Shown in pieces: positions 58,250-64,000 of a DNA stretch of 64,000 nt. Made by a program: the position numbers and the translations under genes. Location of the stretch: positions 1,240,001 through 1,304,000 of the forward strand of contig JAQGDQ010000002.1 in assembly GCA_030141605.1 (NCBI GenBank), in the 5' to 3' direction. Under the pieces are notes generated by a model, which was not told the DNA's origin, did no database searches, and saw only the letters and a program-made list of their open reading frames with translations. How positions within the stretch are numbered: the stretch's first letter is position 1; each line of letters begins with the position of its first letter. The stretch is from Tubiluchus corallicola (Eukaryota; Animalia; Priapulida).

Positions 58250-58555
58250 TTCAGATCGAAGCCCGACTCAAATCGCTACTCTTCTGTATGTTGTTGTTCT
58301 CGCTGGGACGACTTTTTGAAAAAAAAACCCAAGGCTCAGCGAATTTGCAATGGATCGTCATGAAACTTCACGTGAATGTATTAGAATGAATTTTGCATCG
58401 ATTGACGTAGTCGGTTTTTTGGCCTGCCATTTTGATATCAAGATGGTGGTAATAACATCACTTTCGAAAAAAAGATTAAGACTCCGCCAATTCGAAACAG
58501 AGTGTCATGAAACTTTAGAGGAATATACTAAAACGAATTCTGCATCGACTGGTTA
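58250..58555 (+). mobile_element. Helentron-associated (HINE/DINE-1-like) element with two ~150-bp core repeats
   Basis: ttt.gaaaaaaa...aag.ctc.gc.aatt...gtcatgaaactt...gaatt.tgcatcga occurs twice, separated by tcaagatggtgg. Confidence 0.5.
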
Positions 58556-59951
58556 AATAAGGATGAACAATATCGCATTTTCTATAGAAGTGGCGATAAA
58601 AAACTTAAAGGAGCAGCTGACCTTCGATGGGAAAGGGACTGATCTCAAATCCGACTGAATCAAACTACGCGTTTGCAATCTGTCAAGTAGGTTAAAGAAG
58701 CAAAGGCACCAGCCCAGATGTGACTGCAATATTCCACGCAAGGTTGAATGGTCGATTTATAAAGACAGGGTAAAGCTTCAGGAGTTAGATAATTGCGGGC
58801 TTGATGTATTCGGAAGTTCGGCACCTGCAACGAAGAACGGCAAAGAAGTGTGCTCTTTCACATAGTATCATGTGGCTTATCCATGTCTCTAGAACACACC
58901 TGCTAAGTTGACACTCGCTGTCTCAAGTTTTCATAACGGAAGCTGCAGCTGCTTTCTCCTAAAGAAAAATGACCGCTTATGACCTCCTTTCATTGACTCG
59001 TTCGTGACCAACTCAAAACAACGTTCTATGCTGTACATGAGTGACGAATACAGCCTGAGCTTTCGATTATGATGTTTACATTGCAGTCCTGTCAAGTCCA
59101 CAAAATTGCTCCAAGCTTAAATTGCCCCCATTTGCGGATAACATACTTCATAAATTTGAAGCTAGCCAGCTTTTCTTAGAAAATTGCTACTTCTATTTTT
59201 TCTGCTGGTGAAACAGGACTGACAAGGACAAACAACCTACGTAGGCCTAACGATTTAATTATGTCTCAAATATGGTACAGTATTATACTGTAAGTATTTA
59301 TAAATTGGCTGCCATAGCACACACACTGAAAATCTTGATCGAAGTCTGCTTTCTGCAGCTTGTATTTTATCGCAGTTGATAGGATTCATTAAATACTTGA
59401 CTAGGTATATTATGGCGCTCTTATCTTTTACGAATGTATGCCCTGGACGTACCGCGATACCCGAGCAGGTATTGACGTCACTACACTTGACATCAAATCA
59501 AAGGTTACAACGCAAATCATTTGACTGATGTAAATAATATTCACTTGTGCTTACTAACTTTGGCTTTGATGTCATTACTGAACGCAAAAATAAATTGCAA
59601 AGAAACGAAACTAATATTCTTTCAAAAACGTATTACGTAAACACATAAGTAAACTGTCTCGAGCACTGAACAATACGTTGCAGTAATGCATACAATTATT
59701 GACATAAGCTTTTTTGTCAATCTAAATACAATAAAAATTTCAAATTTGATAATAATAATTATTAATAAATTTACTTTGTTTAGTTAAAGTGGAGTGCGAG
59801 GATCGTGAAGGTACACGAAAATTCGTGTTTATTGAAAAGGGACAGTTTCAATTACCTATTAAATCGTTATTATTTGGACATTGGGATAACTATTTTTTTA
59901 CATAATTTTGCATAATTTTGATCAAAACTTGCAAAAACAATTTAAAATGTC

Positions 59952-59952
<1 letters not shown>

Positions 59953-60023
<71 letters not shown>

Positions 60024-60030
60024 AGAGAGA
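59953..60030. repeat. (GA)n microsatellite
   Basis: Read directly. Confidence 0.97.
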
Positions 60031-61548
60031 TGATAATGAAAAGAATTGAAAACAAGTCTGATAAAGAAGTGGAAAAAAGGAAGTGAAATGGATAGAAAAC
60101 ACAAAACCTAGAAAAGAATTTGAGCAAGAATAACGAAAAAATAGGAAGATGTTAGTGGGTGAGTGAGAACTAACTTAGCAAAATTTATTGCCATTTCACC
60201 AGAAATAATCATTTACAAAATTGATATTCATCATCATAACACATTAATTTTTCTGTAACACTTTAATCTTTAAATAGCTGAAATAAGACTTAGTGTCGAA
60301 CAAGACTCATTATACGCTGTTAAGTGCGTGGTTAGCTATGACAGAATTAACAGACGATCGTAGTTATAACGCCGGCAACCAAAAAAAGCTAGTAATTATT
60401 TTTGATTAGTATAGTTTATGTGTAAACATCGTTAGTATCACTTACTCAATACTATGATTTGGAGTGACACAGCTTCTGAAATATAGACCAGAACGTCTAT
60501 ATCGCCAGATCGTCAAATCGCACCACCGGAATAATATGATATTTGAAAATAATTACATTGTATTTTAAAGAATCTTTCGTGAACTCATCAGAAACTACGG
60601 TTCGAATGATTACGTCACTGATTATGACAATAGTACAGTGATTCAACAACTAGACGAGCACAATGTTAGTTATTGATACAATACTATGTTAGACTGTTTC
60701 AACACTGTACTTTAAATGTTGCGTACAACGTAACAAATAGGCTAGATTAGGATATCTAGGTCACCTGTTAGTATAATTTAATGAAACCGAACTTACCAAA
60801 TACATGGACCAAACGACGTCTCAACAAATTTTCCGATTAACAGGAATAGCAACAATTAATCCATTATTTTTAAGGTAACATTTCACATCCACTACACTAT
60901 TTTTAACATCTACAGCATGACACAAAAATATAAAAGTGCGAGACAAAACTACTGAACCGAAGAGCAGTCAACACAATAATTCACCGGCTATCATGAAGGG
61001 GTGTTCAGTTTATAGAACATATCAGCGTCGTTATGTAGCAGCGAGTTTCTGCTAGTTACACAAAGACAGTTTGTTGAGGTTAAAAGTTATGCAGGGCAAA
61101 AGATTCTAGGCACGAAAACTAACTGGTAACTGCAAGAGTGCTGTACATTAATTTACCGTTAGTGTACATGAACTTTGAATTACAGACAGTAGAAGTTGGC
61201 AGTTCACCCCTTCACGCAAAATGTCGCGCAGCCCAATGACGTCAATCCGAACTAAGCTTGTGAATGAAGAAGTTAGTGTACCACTCACAGAATATCCATA
61301 TTCCATAGTAAGAAAATTAAAATAGCCAGAGCGCGCCATCCAGTGAGGAAATTGCGTTTTACATATTGTACAAAGTTGGATAACTGTGGTTCTGAATTAG
61401 AGCTTGTAAATTTAATTTATATTTGCTCTACAGTTCGTACAATGATTTAGTCGATGAAGTAGACGATTGTGCAAAAATTGGTAATATGAGTAACAGGATA
61501 GTCTTTTATAGAAAATGAATTTGCATAATTATTAAATGACTCAGAAAG

Positions 61549-62797
61549 GGTGCGCGGTTAGTTTGGTACTGGTAATTTTGGCACGAGGAAATTTTTGTAC
61601 TAGGAATTTGGGTACATACGTGGTAATTTTGGTACAGAGAAAGATGGTACTGGTAAATATGATACTAACGAAGGTTTTCATGCATTTTTGGTACAAGTAA
61701 AAATGGTACGGAAAAAAATTGGGACTAGAAAAGTTTAGTACTCGAATGTTGGTATTAGGAAAATTCCGCACAAAGAAAATTTGGTAAAAGGAAAGTTTGG
61801 TACTATGAAAATATATTTGATATAACCTCCTCGAACAAGTTATAGAGATATTGTTTCATTTTTTATTTGTTTTTTTATTCGCTTCCTCATTGTTTGTTTG
61901 TCTGTTGTTTGTTATTATTTGTCATTGTTGTTGTTGTTTGTCTGTTTCTTGCTTGCTCTTTTGTTGTGATTACTGCTACTACCACCACCATCACCACCAT
62001 AATGTCATAATGTCACCATTGTTACTTTTGTCGTTTTTGTTGCTGTTGTTGTTGTTTTGTTATTGTCGATGTCGTCGTTGTTGTTGCTGCTGCTATTATT
62101 GTTGCTACTGTTGTTGTTCACTATTATTCTTGTTGTATGTTTGTTAACTCTGTGTGTTGTGTCAGAATTTTCCACTAAATGGGATCTGATCTGAATCAAT
62201 GTTGCCACCTGCACCACCACATCGTAACCATCATTGTCAATGTTTTCGTCATCATTATATCATCATCATTACACCATTGTCACAACGTTCATCATCATCA
62301 GCATCTTCTTCATCAAGAAGTGCAGCTCTCGCTCCATAGCGTGGGCCTCGCGGGAAACCAAACTATGCTTATGCAGGACGTTTCTGTCCAGTGATATCAT
62401 TAACGATCACTGCCATGTTCTTATCTTAGTTTCATAATTTTTGTAAAAAAACAGAGAAAGTGACCATCTCCCCAAAAAAACAAATTGACCGAGCTTTTTG
62501 GAAAATTTGCACGGTGAGTTGGAGATTTTTTGCTGAAAGAATTCTCAAATGTACAGGATGGGATAACCACGGATAAAATTTTAGCTGCCACGCATTATTA
62601 ATTAACAGTATAATGTTTTATGAACTTTTTAGTAAACCAGACTTTCCTAGTACTATATTTCCTCCCCAATGAATAAACTTCTTTATTTTCTAGTTGAAGC
62701 AATTGTTTTATACTGAGATATAGAAATGCTCTTTTTTTCGTTCAGTACCAAATTTTCCTGGTACCAAAATTACCTGTACCAAACTTACCTACATTCC
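61549..62797 (-). mobile_element. Foldback-like element, copy 2, inverted relative to 54113-56124
   Basis: Ends ggtgcgcggttagtttggtac and gtaccaaacttacctacattcc; 62560-62745 reverse-complements 54420-54605; 61800-62000 reverse-complements 55620-55820; flanks tcagaaag / tctgaaag look like an 8-9 bp TSD. Confidence 0.85.
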
Positions 62798-63012
62798 TCT
62801 GAAAGTGATGGAGACACTAGATAACCAAAAAGTCTATTTTTAGCAAAAGTATGATTACGGTTATAAAGCATTTATAAAAAACAAAAAAACAAAATATTTA
62901 TACATTTACAAACATAGGACAGTATAAATTAACTTGCTCAGGTAGACACATTTTTGTTTTGTATTCAGTTTGTCATAAATGTTTGCAAAAAAAATTCTAA
63001 AAAACAAAATTG

Positions 63013-63362
<350 letters not shown>

Positions 63363-64000
63363 CGCTATGAATAATGGCGTGATTGTAACAGAGTCACTTG
63401 CTTTTATAATCGATTATGCAGGTTATTTATTTGAAAAAAATTCTCTTGATCCTGTAGGTCAACTAAGCAGAAACTATCGTGAAGCACAGAATGTTCAACT
63501 TTTATTTTTGTTATTAATATTAGGTTTACTCACACAGTGTTCTATCATTTTTCAGACAGAGTTAACAATATGTTAACAAAATTATAATGGTCGATAACAG
63601 AAAGAAGAGAGAATTGCAATTAGAAAATCAGCTAACACGTGTTAAAACGAGTAATTATCACAGTTTCCAGGTGGAAAGCTTTAAAAATGGTATTTAAATT
63701 GCCTGTTTGCCAAATTAAAGCTTTCCGTCTTTCGCGTTTCTTTGAATCAGAACGGGTTATACTATACAACGTTGATGCTTTGAATAACTTTGAACAAGAA
63801 TGACGCGCCAGCTGTTGATCAAAATGAGAACTATAAAAGATGACGGTTTGTGTTTTTTATTGAAGTCAATGTTGAAACAATAAAAATATCAAGTTGTGAG
63901 TGTGAACATGAAGCTACAAGTATGAGGATAAACTTGCAGTAAATGTATGTTTATGCTAATAGTTGACCATTTAATTCTCAAGCGCAAATTAAAAAAATAA

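Noticed and set aside
58570-58760. Possible transposase N-terminal fragment (FYRSGDKKLKG...PAQM)
   Set aside because: Too degenerate; no diagnostic catalytic motif visible.
60560-60596. Minus-strand CTGATGA...GAAA hammerhead-like core
   Set aside because: Stem II is only 2 bp with a 2-nt loop and there is no stem I; likely chance.

Overview
AT-rich, intron-rich animal genomic DNA, probably an invertebrate (lophotrochozoan-like repeats, inferred). There are no prokaryotic features, CRISPR arrays, rRNA or tRNA. Three spliced protein-coding genes can be built by hand with GT-AG borders and matching intron phases. (1) The last four exons of an EAAT2/SLC1A2-like glutamate transporter (+, 143-2994). 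(2) A complete 5-exon, 842-aa class C (mGluR-like) GPCR (-, 30232-12358), including a 101-nt exon missed by the ORF track; several glutamate-binding residues are replaced. (3) An uncharacterised acidic protein gene of at least 4 exons (-, 56610-37157), almost absent from the ORF track. The rest is repeat-derived: a decayed APE+RT LINE, CR1-like fragments, an Academ-like transposase relic next to a BTB pseudogene fragment, foldback-like elements, hAT and Helentron-type MITEs, a 16-bp minisatellite and microsatellites. A Penelope-type hammerhead-like motif lies just upstream of the GPCR. Most long ORFs in the track are microsatellite artefacts. All family assignments come from remembered motifs, not database searches.
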